Assembly (NCBI GenBank): GCA_000585075.1
Contig: JEMY01000029.1
Location: forward strand, 2,616 to 66,615
Direction of reading: 5' to 3'
Length of the DNA: 64,000 bases
From: Candidatus Accumulibacter regalis
Lineage (GTDB): Bacteria > Pseudomonadota > Gammaproteobacteria > Burkholderiales > Rhodocyclaceae
The notes under the pieces are model-generated. The model did not search any database. It had not been told where the DNA came from and was given only the letters and a program-made list of their open reading frames with translations. A program made the position numbers and the translations under genes. Of this stretch, positions 21,898-32,088 are shown piece by piece; positions within the stretch are counted from its first letter, which is position 1, and each line of letters opens with the position of its first letter.

Positions 21898-22012
21898 ATG
21901 AAAAATGGCGCGCTTTCAAGCTCGTTCCCGGCGGCGTACTGGCCAGCGGGTAAGGCACAGGCAGGTCCACCAGGGAAAGCGCCGCAATGCGGGTGAGCCG
22001 CACAGCTTCTAG
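21898..22012 (+). pseudogene. Possible collapsed remnant of a TorF/NlmA-type outer-membrane protein gene
   Basis: ATGAAAAA start, signal-peptide-like fragments (VLAS, AQA), and GTG AGC CGC ACA gc TTC TAG (VSRT-F-stop) at the position where such a gene normally precedes glnK. Confidence 0.38.
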
Positions 22013-22405
<393 letters not shown>

Positions 22406-22415
22406 GGAGCCTGCC

Positions 22416-23912
22416 ATGATACGCATTTTCGCCATCCTCGCCCTGCTTGGAGCCGTCGGCATCGGCGCCCCGGCGTGGGCTGCCGAGACCCCGGCCGGGC
22501 TCAACGCGACGAGCGCTGCCATGACTCTGGCACAGGCTCCGTCAGCAACGGCAGAAGTCGCTGCCGCCACCGCCGCGGCCATTGCCGCCGCTGCGCCGGT
22601 GGCGACCCTCAGCAAGGCCGACAACGCATGGATCATGGTCTGCGCCGCGCTGGTCATCCTGATGTCGCTGCCCGGGCTGGCCCTCTTTTACGGTGGCCTG
22701 GTACGCACCAAGAACATGCTCTCGGTGCTGATGCAGGTGTTCGTGACCTTTGCGCTGATCAGCGTGCTCTGGGTGGTGTATGGCTACTCGCTGGCGTTCA
22801 CGGAAGGAGGCAGCTTCTTCGGGGTGCTCGACAAGGTCTTCCTGAAAGGAATCACCGCCGATTCGCTTGGCGCCACCTTCTCCAAGGGCGTGTTCATCTC
22901 CGAGTTGACCTTCGTCATCTTCCAGGGTGCTTTCGCAGCGATCACTTGCTGCCTGATCGTCGGCGCCTTCGCCGAGCGCGCGAAGTTCGCAGCGATCCTA
23001 GTCTTCATGGTGATCTGGTTTACCCTCTCCTACGCACCGATGGCACACATGGTCTGGTACTGGGCAGGTCCCGATGCCTATGTCGATGCCGCTGCCGGCG
23101 AGGCGGCCGGGGCAACCGCCGGCTTCCTGTTCCAGAAAGGCGCGCTCGACTTCGCCGGCGGCACCGTGGTGCACATCAACGCGGCGGTTGCCGGCCTGGT
23201 CGGTGCATTCATGATCGGCAAGCGGATCGGCTACGGCCGCGAATCGATGGCCCCGCACAGCCTCACCTTCACCATGATCGGTGCCTCACTGCTGTGGTTC
23301 GGCTGGTTCGGCTTCAACGCCGGCTCGGCACTCGAAGCGAGCGGTGGATCGGCGCTGGCGATGGTCAACACCTGGTTGGCAACGGCCTGCGCGACAATGT
23401 CCTGGATGCTCGCCGAATGGATGATCAAGGGCAAGCCTTCGATGCTCGGTGCAGCTTCCGGAGCGGTCGCCGGGCTGGTGGCGATCACTCCGGCAGCCGG
23501 CTTCGTCGGTGTCATGGGCGCCATCGTCATCGGCCTGCTGGCCGGCGTGATCTGCCTGTGGGGTGTCAATGGTCTGAAGCATCTCCTCGGCGCCGACGAT
23601 TCGCTCGACGTCTTTGGGGTCCATGGCGTCGGCGGCATTCTCGGCGCGATCCTGACGGGGGTCTTCGCAGCACCGTCACTGGGCGGCAGCGGCGTCTATG
23701 ACTACGTCGCCAACGCTGTCGGCGAATACGACATGACCGCGCAAGTGATCAGCCAGCTGTGGGGCGTCGGCACGGTGATCGTCTGGTCCGGCGTCGTCTC
23801 AGTCGTGGCCTTCAAGCTTGTCGACCTGGTGATCGGCTTGCGGGTCCCGGAAGACGAAGAGCGCGAAGGCCTCGACATCACCTCACACGGCGAATCGGCC
23901 TACCACTACTGA
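22416..23912 (+). CDS. amtB: Ammonium transporter
   Basis: DFAGGTVVHINA, WFGWFGFNAGS, DDSLDVFGVHG; signal peptide and Ala-rich N-terminus. Confidence 0.96.
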   Translation: MIRIFAILALLGAVGIGAPAWAAETPAGLNATSAAMTLAQAPSATAEVAAATAAAIAAAAPVATLSKADNAWIMVCAALVILMSLPGLALFYGGLVRTKNMLSVLMQVFVTFALISVLWVVYGYSLAFTEGGSFFGVLDKVFLKGITADSLGATFSKGVFISELTFVIFQGAFAAITCCLIVGAFAERAKFAAILVFMVIWFTLSYAPMAHMVWYWAGPDAYVDAAAGEAAGATAGFLFQKGALDFAGGTVVHINAAVAGLVGAFMIGKRIGYGRESMAPHSLTFTMIGASLLWFGWFGFNAGSALEASGGSALAMVNTWLATACATMSWMLAEWMIKGKPSMLGAASGAVAGLVAITPAAGFVGVMGAIVIGLLAGVICLWGVNGLKHLLGADDSLDVFGVHGVGGILGAILTGVFAAPSLGGSGVYDYVANAVGEYDMTAQVISQLWGVGTVIVWSGVVSVVAFKLVDLVIGLRVPEDEEREGLDITSHGESAYHY

Positions 23913-23941
23913 GCCGATCGACCGTCAAGAACTCTCCCCTT

Positions 23942-23970
23942 CGGGCGCCCACGTGGCGCCCGTTTTTTTT
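23942..23970 (+). terminator. Intrinsic terminator of glnK-amtB
   Basis: CGGGCGCC-CACGT-GGCGCCCG followed by T8. Confidence 0.92.
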
Positions 23971-24141
23971 GCGTGCGCAAGCTGCCCGTGGCGGGGAGGA
24001 AGACGCCTGCAGTTCGCATCCCCGGGATGGGGCAAGGGCAACCCCTCGATTCTTGGCGCAGAATCCCTTAATCTAGCCGGTCTTGCAACACATTCATCGA
24101 CGACCCGGCTGCGCCCGGGATAACTTGAGCGGGGAAAAACG

Positions 24142-24594
24142 ATGCCTTTTCTGAGCTGGCGAAACCAGTATCGCGTCGGGGTCGCCGACATCGACCAGGA
24201 GCATCGCTATCTTTTCGAGTTGATCAACGAATTCCACGACAGCCACCGCGGCGGCGCCGATGCGCAAGCTCTGGCGCAGATTCTCAACCGCCTGGTGCAA
24301 TATGCCGAGGAGCATTTTCGCCACGAGGAGGAGAGCATGCGGGAAAGCGAGTATCCGCTACACGCCGAGCATTGCGCGCTGCACGAGGCGCTCTACATGA
24401 CGCTCTTCCGTCTCTCGGAAGAACTCGCCGCGGGCTCGTTGCGGATCGACAGGGACACCCACCGCTTCCTCCGCAACTGGTTGGTCGAGCACATTCTCAA
24501 GCACGATCTGGCGTTTGGCGATTATTTCGCGCGTCGGGCAAAAGCGATGGCGAACGGAGAACAGGAAAGCCTTGGGGAAGCCGCCACGCAATGA
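24142..24594 (+). CDS. Single-domain bacteriohemerythrin
   Basis: W...GVADIDQEH, HFRHEE, HCALH, WLVEHILKHD iron ligands. Confidence 0.9.
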   Translation: MPFLSWRNQYRVGVADIDQEHRYLFELINEFHDSHRGGADAQALAQILNRLVQYAEEHFRHEEESMRESEYPLHAEHCALHEALYMTLFRLSEELAAGSLRIDRDTHRFLRNWLVEHILKHDLAFGDYFARRAKAMANGEQESLGEAATQ

Positions 24595-24808
24595 CCCGCC
24601 CGGGCACGGTCCCGCGGTGCGCGCCGGGCGCGGACCATCTGCCCGCCTTACCGCCAGCGCACGCCCCCCTGCGCTCTTCCACTCCTTGAACAGGAGCGTC
24701 GTCTGTGCCACATTTGCGGTCCTGGGCGCGCCTTTTCGGCGCAATTCCTAAGCGCGAGCACGGCATCGAAACACCACCCAGCAAGCCCACCAGGCACATG
24801 GAGAAAGC

Positions 24809-25108
24809 ATGAAATACGTGATTTGGGTATTCTGGCCAGCGTTCATCGCGGCCGGAATTGCCGAAACGATCTTCTTTACGATGATCGACCCCGAGCAGTT
24901 GTACCTCTTCGGACAACGCGTCGAATGGTCGGTCACCGCCACCTACTCGACAGGTTTTCTGCTCTTCTGGCTGGTCTGCATCGGATCAAGCCTGATGACC
25001 TATCTGATGATGCCCCGAGACGCCAAGGAGGCGCTGATGAAAGCAGCCGGTGACCGCGACGATCTCGCCCGGCCGAAACGCCGGGAGCCGCGCAGCGTCG
25101 GCCGCTAG
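24809..25108 (+). CDS. Conserved small membrane protein (WPAF...DP family)
   Basis: Two TM segments, WVFWPAFIAAG...MIDP; GGAG RBS. Confidence 0.75.
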   Translation: MKYVIWVFWPAFIAAGIAETIFFTMIDPEQLYLFGQRVEWSVTATYSTGFLLFWLVCIGSSLMTYLMMPRDAKEALMKAAGDRDDLARPKRREPRSVGR

Positions 25109-26322
25109 ATCGAAGACAAGCCGCCGTCGAGGTCGTTCTGCAGGTCAACGACGGCTTCGAGGCCGACGGCAATGCGCAGCAGATCCTCGCTGACGCCTGC
25201 CGCGGCCCGCTGTTCGGGCGTGATTCGCCCGTGCGTTGTCGTCGCCGGATGCGTCAACGTCGTTTTCGTATCGCCGAGATTGGCGGTAATCGACAACAAA
25301 CGGCAGCTATCGACCACCTTCCAGGCTTCCTGACGCGCCCCCTTGACGGTGAACGAGACGATCGCCCCACCGCTTTTCTGCTGCCTGCACGCCAGGTCGA
25401 ACTGCGGATGCGAAGCCAGGCCCGGATAGTAGACACGTTCCACCCGAGGATGCCGCTCCAGCCACTGCGCGAGTTGCAGTGCCTTCGCCGACTGCGCGTG
25501 CATGCGAATCTGCAGCGTCTCAAGGCCTTTCAGCAGTACCCAGGCGTTGAACGCGGAAAGCGTCGGGCCGGCGGTGCGCAGGAACCTGAACACCTCATCG
25601 GTCAGTCTCCTCGGCCCGGCGACGGCGCCGCCGAGCACCCGACCCTGACCATCGAGATATTTGGTCGCCGAATGCAGTACCAGATCGGCACCGAGATCGA
25701 GCGGCCGCTGCAGAATCGGCGTGCAGAAGCAGTTATCGACCACCACCAGGACACCCCGGGCGTGCGCAATGCTGACCAGCGCAGCGATGTCGGCAATTGC
25801 CGTCAGCGGATTCGACGGTGTTTCCAGGAACAGGAGCCTGGTTTCTGGCCGCAGCGCCGCCTGCCAGGCGGCATTGTCGGTCTGGGCGACAAAGCTGGTC
25901 TGGATTCCGAAGCGCGGCATGATGCTGCCAAGCATCTGCTGCGTCGCGCCAAACAGCCCCGTCGAGGCAACGATGTGGTCGCCGCTGCTGCATAGCGCCA
26001 TCACCAGCGAGAGAACGGCCGACATCCCCGAGGCGGTGGCGACGCAGGCCTCGGCGCCTTCGAGCGCGGCCAGACGCTCCTGAAAGGTCGTCACTGTCGG
26101 ATTGGTAAAGCGCGAGTAGACGTTGCCTTCTTCCTCACCCGAAAAGCGGGCGGCTGCCTGGGCCGCGCTGTCAAAGACAAAACTAGAGGTCAGATACAGC
26201 GCCTCGCTGTGCTCGTTGAACTGGCTACGTTCCTGACCCGCGCGCACGGCCAGCGTCTCCAGCGAGTAGCTGCGCGGGGTGTCCCCTGAGGCCATCGATT
26301 CGCTTGCTTCCATTGGCTCCAT
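25105..26322 (-). CDS. metZ: O-succinylhomoserine sulfhydrylase
   Basis: YSRFTNPT, ETPSNP, HSATKYLDGQGR, ANLGDTKT; exact start uncertain (26322, 26313 or 26295). Confidence 0.92.
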   Translation of the reverse strand: MEPMEASESMASGDTPRSYSLETLAVRAGQERSQFNEHSEALYLTSSFVFDSAAQAAARFSGEEEGNVYSRFTNPTVTTFQERLAALEGAEACVATASGMSAVLSLVMALCSSGDHIVASTGLFGATQQMLGSIMPRFGIQTSFVAQTDNAAWQAALRPETRLLFLETPSNPLTAIADIAALVSIAHARGVLVVVDNCFCTPILQRPLDLGADLVLHSATKYLDGQGRVLGGAVAGPRRLTDEVFRFLRTAGPTLSAFNAWVLLKGLETLQIRMHAQSAKALQLAQWLERHPRVERVYYPGLASHPQFDLACRQQKSGGAIVSFTVKGARQEAWKVVDSCRLLSITANLGDTKTTLTHPATTTHGRITPEQRAAAGVSEDLLRIAVGLEAVVDLQNDLDGGLSSI

Positions 26323-26324
26323 CT

Positions 26325-27848
26325 TCAATCCACGGACATCAGGTTCAACTGCAACTGGTTGGACGACCAGAGTTCTTCCCGCGCCGCACCGTAGCCTTCG
26401 CGGGCCAGTTCGATGGCATTCAGATACTCCGGGCTGACGTCGCCGGTGATGTAGGAGCCATCAAAACACGACGTGTCAAAGCAGCACAGCGACGGTTTCA
26501 ATTCCCTGATCGACGCCTTCAGCGCGTCGAGATCCTGGTAGACCAGTGCGTCGGCGCCGATTTCACGGGCGATCTCTTCGCCGGTGCGGCCGGTGGCAAT
26601 CAGCTCGCCGCGCGTCGGCATGTCGATTCCATAGACGTTCGGGTAGCGCACCGGCGGTGACGCCGACGCGAAATAAACTTTCAGCGCCCCCGCAGCACGC
26701 GCCATTTCGACGATCTCGCGGCTGGTCGTGCCACGCACGATTGAATCGTCAACCAGCAACACGCGCTTGCCCTTGAACTCCTGGGCAACCGTATTGAGTT
26801 TCTGGCGAACCGAGCGTTTGCGTGTCGCCTGGCCCGGCATGATGAAGGTGCGACCAATGTAGCGGTTCTTGACGAAACCCTCGCGATAGGGAACGTTGAT
26901 GCGCTGCGCGAGCTGCATCGCCGAGGGGCGACTCGAATCGGGAATCGGGATGACCACGTCGATCTCCTCGACCGGAATATGCTTCACCAGCTTGTCGGCC
27001 AGATGCTCGCCCATGTGCAGTCGCGCTTCATAGACCGAAACGCCGTCGATTACCGAGTCTGGACGCGCGAGGTAGACAAACTCGAAAATGCACGGGGCCA
27101 ACGCCGAGTGGCGCGCGCACTGCCGTTGGTGCATGCGATGATCGAGGTCGATGAAGATCGCCTCGCCCGGATCGACGTCGCGCAGCACCTTGAATCCCAG
27201 GGTGTCGAGCGCCACCGACTCGGAAGCAAAAAGGTACTCGGTGCCTTCGGCCGTCTCGTTGATGCCCAAGACCAGCGGACGAATTCCGAAAGGGTCACGG
27301 AAAGCGAGCATGCCGTAACCGGCGATCATCGCCACCACGGCATAGGCGCCGCGGCAGCGACGATGAACCGCCGACACGGCACCAAAGATGATATCGAGAT
27401 CGAGACGATAGCCCTTGGCGGTGGCCTGCAATTCGTGCGCCAGCGCGTTGAGCAGCACTTCCGAATCGGAGTGCGTATTGATGTGCCGCAGGTCCTGGCG
27501 GAACATCTCTTCCTTGAGCTCCTGGGTATTGGTCAGGTTGCCGTTGTGACCGAGGACGATCCCGAACGGCGAGTTCACATAGAAAGGTTGAGAGAGCGAG
27601 GAATCGAACGCCGATCCAGCCGTCGGGTAACGGCAATGCGCGATCCCCATGTTGCCCGGTAGAGCGCGCATGTTGCGCGTGCGAAAAACGTCGCGCACCA
27701 GCCCGGACCCCTTGTGCATGTGGAAGGCATCATCCTCGACAGTCGCAATGCCAGCCGCGTCCTGGCCGCGATGCTGGAGGACCATCAACCCATCATAAAG
27801 CAACTGGTTTACAGGTGACGTTGCGACAACTCCGAGGATCCCGCACAT
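26325..27848 (-). CDS. purF: Amidophosphoribosyltransferase
   Basis: MCGI N-terminal catalytic Cys, QHRGQDAAG, VDDSIVRGTT. Confidence 0.97.
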   Translation of the reverse strand: MCGILGVVATSPVNQLLYDGLMVLQHRGQDAAGIATVEDDAFHMHKGSGLVRDVFRTRNMRALPGNMGIAHCRYPTAGSAFDSSLSQPFYVNSPFGIVLGHNGNLTNTQELKEEMFRQDLRHINTHSDSEVLLNALAHELQATAKGYRLDLDIIFGAVSAVHRRCRGAYAVVAMIAGYGMLAFRDPFGIRPLVLGINETAEGTEYLFASESVALDTLGFKVLRDVDPGEAIFIDLDHRMHQRQCARHSALAPCIFEFVYLARPDSVIDGVSVYEARLHMGEHLADKLVKHIPVEEIDVVIPIPDSSRPSAMQLAQRINVPYREGFVKNRYIGRTFIMPGQATRKRSVRQKLNTVAQEFKGKRVLLVDDSIVRGTTSREIVEMARAAGALKVYFASASPPVRYPNVYGIDMPTRGELIATGRTGEEIAREIGADALVYQDLDALKASIRELKPSLCCFDTSCFDGSYITGDVSPEYLNAIELAREGYGAAREELWSSNQLQLNLMSVD

Positions 27849-27858
27849 AGTGTTTTTC

Positions 27859-28347
27859 CTAGCCAAACCTGATTCGTTTAGTCACTTCTGATGGCAACCA
27901 CGGCTTGCTCGCCAGTACTGCCGTTTCAAGCGGCGCCGAAAAGTACGCCTCGCTCCACCACTTCTCTTTGGGTAGCGACGTCATGCCGCCAACGGACACC
28001 AGAACCAGGACGATCAACAGGCCGCGAGCGGCGCCGAAGATGATTCCCAGCAGACGATCGGTCAAGGTCATTCCGAGCGCCTTGAGCAGGCTACGCACAG
28101 CCAGACGCAGCAGCGACATCACCACCAGTACGGCGACGAAGATGGTCACCCAGCCGGCGACCAGTCGCAGCGCCGGGTCAGCAATCGACGTAAACCCCTC
28201 GGCGACCATGGAGCCCCACCAGCGGGCGGCGAAAAATGCAAGCACCCACGCCACCAGGGCAATGATCTCGCCAACCACACCACGCCACATGCCGAGCACC
28301 AGGGAGACGCCAACGACAAACAACACTACGTAGTCGAAGACGGTCAT
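27859..28347 (-). CDS. cvpA: CvpA family protein
   Basis: MTVFDY, DRLLGIIFGAARG; located between dedD and purF. Confidence 0.92.
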   Translation of the reverse strand: MTVFDYVVLFVVGVSLVLGMWRGVVGEIIALVAWVLAFFAARWWGSMVAEGFTSIADPALRLVAGWVTIFVAVLVVMSLLRLAVRSLLKALGMTLTDRLLGIIFGAARGLLIVLVLVSVGGMTSLPKEKWWSEAYFSAPLETAVLASKPWLPSEVTKRIRFG

Positions 28348-29021
28348 GAGCGGCCGGCGACGACTCCGCCAACGCCAATCTTCTTCAGCTTGTCGAGGGC
28401 TTTCTCGGCCGCCTCGCGGTTGGGAAACGGACCGGCGCGCACGCGCGTTCGCTTGCCGGCTGGCGAATTGAGGATTTCGGTATAGGTGGCAACGCCGGCA
28501 CGGTCGATCTTGGCGACCAGCTTCTTGACGTTGGCCGGGTCGGCGAAAGCGCCGACCAGGATGACGTACTGCCCGTCCGAGGAGACCGGCGGGGGCGGCG
28601 GAGGGGGCGGCGGCGGTTCGGGCTTCTTGACGATGGCCGGAGCGGGCGGCGGCACCGGTTTCTCGGCTTTTTTCGGCGGCGATTTCTCAACCGGCTTGGC
28701 CGCATGTTCCAGACGTTTTTCCTCCGCCTTCTCGGCGACCGCTGGCGCGTCGGCCGGCAGCGCAGCGACGTGCTCGTCGCTACCCGTCGCCACGGCCGCT
28801 GGCGGAGACGAGCGCGCCACCAGTTCGCCGGGGTCGAAGGGCTGTTGGTCCTGCCCCGGAATGCGGATCTGGATGTCCTGGACGGGCTGCTTCGGCTCTT
28901 CGTCCATGACCATTGGCAAGACCACCGCAGCCAGCCCGGCAATCGCCACCGCGCCAACGAGACGGCGACGCGCTTTCTTCTTGAGGTGTAATTGCGGGTC
29001 GGATGATTCAGTCATTTGCAT
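28344..29021 (-). CDS. dedD: Cell division SPOR protein DedD
   Basis: ARRRLVGAV TM segment, Pro-rich linker, C-terminal SPOR (RVRAGPF); start uncertain (29033, 29021 or 29015). Confidence 0.85.
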   Translation of the reverse strand: MQMTESSDPQLHLKKKARRRLVGAVAIAGLAAVVLPMVMDEEPKQPVQDIQIRIPGQDQQPFDPGELVARSSPPAAVATGSDEHVAALPADAPAVAEKAEEKRLEHAAKPVEKSPPKKAEKPVPPPAPAIVKKPEPPPPPPPPPPVSSDGQYVILVGAFADPANVKKLVAKIDRAGVATYTEILNSPAGKRTRVRAGPFPNREAAEKALDKLKKIGVGGVVAGRS

Positions 29022-29047
29022 CGTGGAATCCACTTGCGTCGCTTCGC

Positions 29048-30382
29048 TCAGCGACCGTTCTGCATGCTGCGCATGACGGCCGCGACCGTGTAGAACGATC
29101 CAAAGACGGCGATTCTATCATTTTCACCGGCCAGCTTGGCAGAACGCGCGAAGGCCTGTTCGGGTGACGACAGGCATTCGACCTCACCGCCCAAGCTGGC
29201 GGCAGTCACCACCTCCGCCAGGCTGGCAGCCGACGCACCACGTGGCCCGCCGAGATCAGCGAGCAGCCAGCGATCGATCCTGCCGGCCAACGGCGCCAGC
29301 GACCCGGCGATATCCTTGTCGGCAAGCATGCCGACAACGGCGAGGGTGCGCGCGAAGAAGCCCATTCCGGCCAGGTTGTCGACCAGTTCTCCGACCGCCT
29401 GCGGATTGTGGGCGACGTCGAGGACGATCGTCGGGCGGCCGGGCAGGACCTGAAAACGCCCGGGCAAGTCCAACTCGATCAGGCCTCGCCGCACGGCGCT
29501 CATGGAAACCGGCAGCCGCGTTTTGAGCCCCTCGACAGCGGCGAGCGCGGCGCAGGCATTGCGCAGTTGGCAGCGGCCACGCAAACCGGGATTGGCCAGG
29601 CCGCCCCGGCGCAGACCGCCCCGGCCCCAGAAGGTCCACTGTGCCGCGTCCCCGAAATGACCGAAGTCGCGGCCCAGCAGCTGTAAATCGGCGCCAACAG
29701 CGAGCGCCTGCGCAATCAGCGAAGCGGGTGGATCCGGATCGGCACAGAGCGCCGGCTTGCCAGCACGAAAAATGCCCGCCTTCTCGAAGCCGATGGATTC
29801 GCGTGTCGGACCCAGCCATTCGGTGTGATCCAGAGCAATGCTGGTAACCAGCGCGCAATCCGCATCGTAGGCATTGACCGCATCGAGCCGCCCGCCGAGG
29901 CCGACTTCGAGAATCAGGACCTCGACCGCCTGCGCAGCGAACACCTCCAGGGCGGCCAGCGTGCCGAACTCGAAGTAAGTGAGCGCGATGCCATGGCACG
30001 CCTTTCTCGCCTCCTCAACCTTGGCAAATGCTGCACAGAGCAGGGCATCGTCCACGGCTCGCCCATTGATTCGCACGCGCTCGTTGTAGTCGAGCAGATG
30101 CGGCGACGAATAGCAGCCGACGCGATAACCGGCAAAGGTATAGATCGCTTCGAGGTAGGCGCAAGTCGAGCCCTTGCCGTTGGTTCCGGCGACCGTAATC
30201 AGCGGACATGGCAACTGCTGGCGCAACGCCTCCTTGACCAGTTGGACACGTTCCAGCCCGAGCTCGATTCCTGCCTGCCCCTTGGGGTGAAGCCCTTCGA
30301 GATAGGCCAGCCAGTCGGTCAGGGAGGCCGGCGCGAAAGCCCCGGGAGATGCAGGCGACGCGCTGCCCGCGCGCCCGCTCAC
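29048..30382 (-). CDS. folC: Folylpolyglutamate/dihydrofolate synthase
   Basis: VAGTNGKGST, SPHLLDYNER, EVGLGGRLDAVN, DVAHNP. Confidence 0.95.
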   Translation of the reverse strand: MSGRAGSASPASPGAFAPASLTDWLAYLEGLHPKGQAGIELGLERVQLVKEALRQQLPCPLITVAGTNGKGSTCAYLEAIYTFAGYRVGCYSSPHLLDYNERVRINGRAVDDALLCAAFAKVEEARKACHGIALTYFEFGTLAALEVFAAQAVEVLILEVGLGGRLDAVNAYDADCALVTSIALDHTEWLGPTRESIGFEKAGIFRAGKPALCADPDPPASLIAQALAVGADLQLLGRDFGHFGDAAQWTFWGRGGLRRGGLANPGLRGRCQLRNACAALAAVEGLKTRLPVSMSAVRRGLIELDLPGRFQVLPGRPTIVLDVAHNPQAVGELVDNLAGMGFFARTLAVVGMLADKDIAGSLAPLAGRIDRWLLADLGGPRGASAASLAEVVTAASLGGEVECLSSPEQAFARSAKLAGENDRIAVFGSFYTVAAVMRSMQNGR

Positions 30383-30392
30383 GGCGCCGTCC

Positions 30393-31265
30393 TCACTGCA
30401 GTGTGGGCCGCCTCAGCAACAGAGCCAGCAAGGCCGCTACCCGGTCCTTCATCTCGCGGCGGTCTACGATCATGTCGATGGCTCCCTTTTCAAGGAGGAA
30501 TTCGGAGCGCTGAAAACCCTCCGGCAGGGTTTCGCGAACCGTCTGCTCGATTACCCGCGGTCCGGCAAAACCGATCAGCGCTCCCGGCTCGGCGATCACC
30601 ACGTCGCCGATAAAGGCGAAGGACGCCGAGACGCCACCCATGGTCGGGTCGCTGAGAATCGAGATGAACGGCAGCTTGGCTTGCGCCAGCAGAGTCAGGA
30701 CCGCCGTCACCTTGGCCATCTGCATGAGCGAGAAAAGCCCTTCCTGCATCCGTGCACCGCCCGACGCGGCGACACAGATGAAGGGCACGCGCTGCTCGAC
30801 AGCCGCCTGCACTCCACGCACGAAACGCTCACCGAGCACCGACCCCATCGAACCGCCCATGAAGTCGAACTCGAAAACGGCCAGCACTACCGGCAGCCCT
30901 TTCATGGTTCCCTGCATGACCACCAGCGCCTCGGTCTCGCCGGTGCTGCTGGCCGCCTCCTGCAGACGCTCCGGATAACGGCGGCTGTCCTTGAAGTTCA
31001 GCGAATCGACCGGCAGCACGTCGTCACCGAACTCGAGGCGCCCCTCGCGATCGAGCAGGATATCGATCCGCGCCCGCGCGTTGACGCGCATATGGTGAGC
31101 GCACTTCGGGCAGACGTGACAGTTGCTGGCCAGATCGGTGGCATAGAGCACAGCCTCACAGCTTGGGCATTTGCTCCACAGACCCTCGGGCAACGCCGAC
31201 TTGCGCGCCGAAGCTGCGCCGCTTCTCTTGATCTTCGGGGGTAGCAGCTTGCTCAACCAGCTCAT
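30393..31265 (-). CDS. accD: Acetyl-CoA carboxylase carboxyltransferase beta subunit
   Basis: WSKCPSC zinc finger, [26 protein letters not shown]. Confidence 0.97.
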   Translation of the reverse strand: MSWLSKLLPPKIKRSGAASARKSALPEGLWSKCPSCEAVLYATDLASNCHVCPKCAHHMRVNARARIDILLDREGRLEFGDDVLPVDSLNFKDSRRYPERLQEAASSTGETEALVVMQGTMKGLPVVLAVFEFDFMGGSMGSVLGERFVRGVQAAVEQRVPFICVAASGGARMQEGLFSLMQMAKVTAVLTLLAQAKLPFISILSDPTMGGVSASFAFIGDVVIAEPGALIGFAGPRVIEQTVRETLPEGFQRSEFLLEKGAIDMIVDRREMKDRVAALLALLLRRPTLQ

Positions 31266-32086
31266 GGCATTCCTCGCGACGGATTCGTTGCCGCGTCAAT
31301 CGCCTGGCGCATTTCGGCGACCAGGGCGCGGACTTTGCTGCAGGCCTCGTCGGGTGACGAGTGTTCGAGTTCTTCGATGATTCGGCTACCAACCACGACG
31401 GCATCGGCGTGCTCGGCCACTGCGGCAGCCGTCGCCGCGTCGCGGATGCCGAAACCGACGCCCACCGGCACCCCGGTACGCGCCCGAATCTCCGGGATAC
31501 GGGCTGCAACGGCGGCGACGTCGAGCGCGGCGGAGCCGGTCACTCCCTTCAACGACACGTAGTAGATGTAGCCACTGGCCAGAGCACCGACCTGCGCCAT
31601 GCGCGCCTCGCTGGAAGTCGGCGCCAACAGGAAGATCGGATCGAGCGCATGCCGGTGCAGGGTCTGCGCAAAGTCAATCGCCTCCTCCGGCGGGTAGTCG
31701 ACCACCAGAACCCCGTCTACTCCCGCGTCGAAAGAGGCCGCGGCGAAGGCCTCGACGCCCATCGACTCGATCGGATTGGCGTAGCCCATCAGAACGATCG
31801 GCGTGTCGTTGTCGTCAGCACGGAAATTGGCCACCATCTCGAGCACTTTTCGTAAGCTGACACCCTTGGCCAGAGCTCGCTCGGAAGCCCGCTGGATGGT
31901 TGGCCCATCGGCCATGGGATCGGAGAACGGCACGCCAAGTTCGATGATGTCAGCGCCGGCGAGGACCAGAGAATGCAGCAAGGGAACGGTCAGCACGGGA
32001 TCCGGATCGCCGGCGGTGATGAACGGGATCAGCGCCTTGCGCCCCTGCGCCTGCAGGCGCTCGAATACAGCCTCGATTTTCGACAT
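31262..32086 (-). CDS. trpA: Tryptophan synthase alpha subunit
   Basis: [32 protein letters not shown]. Confidence 0.97.
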   Translation of the reverse strand: MSKIEAVFERLQAQGRKALIPFITAGDPDPVLTVPLLHSLVLAGADIIELGVPFSDPMADGPTIQRASERALAKGVSLRKVLEMVANFRADDNDTPIVLMGYANPIESMGVEAFAAASFDAGVDGVLVVDYPPEEAIDFAQTLHRHALDPIFLLAPTSSEARMAQVGALASGYIYYVSLKGVTGSAALDVAAVAARIPEIRARTGVPVGVGFGIRDAATAAAVAEHADAVVVGSRIIEELEHSSPDEACSKVRALVAEMRQAIDAATNPSRGMP

Positions 32087-32088
32087 GG

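Noticed and set aside
28598-28620. G-rich tract resembling a G-quadruplex or repeat element
   Set aside because: Explained by the poly-proline linker codons of dedD
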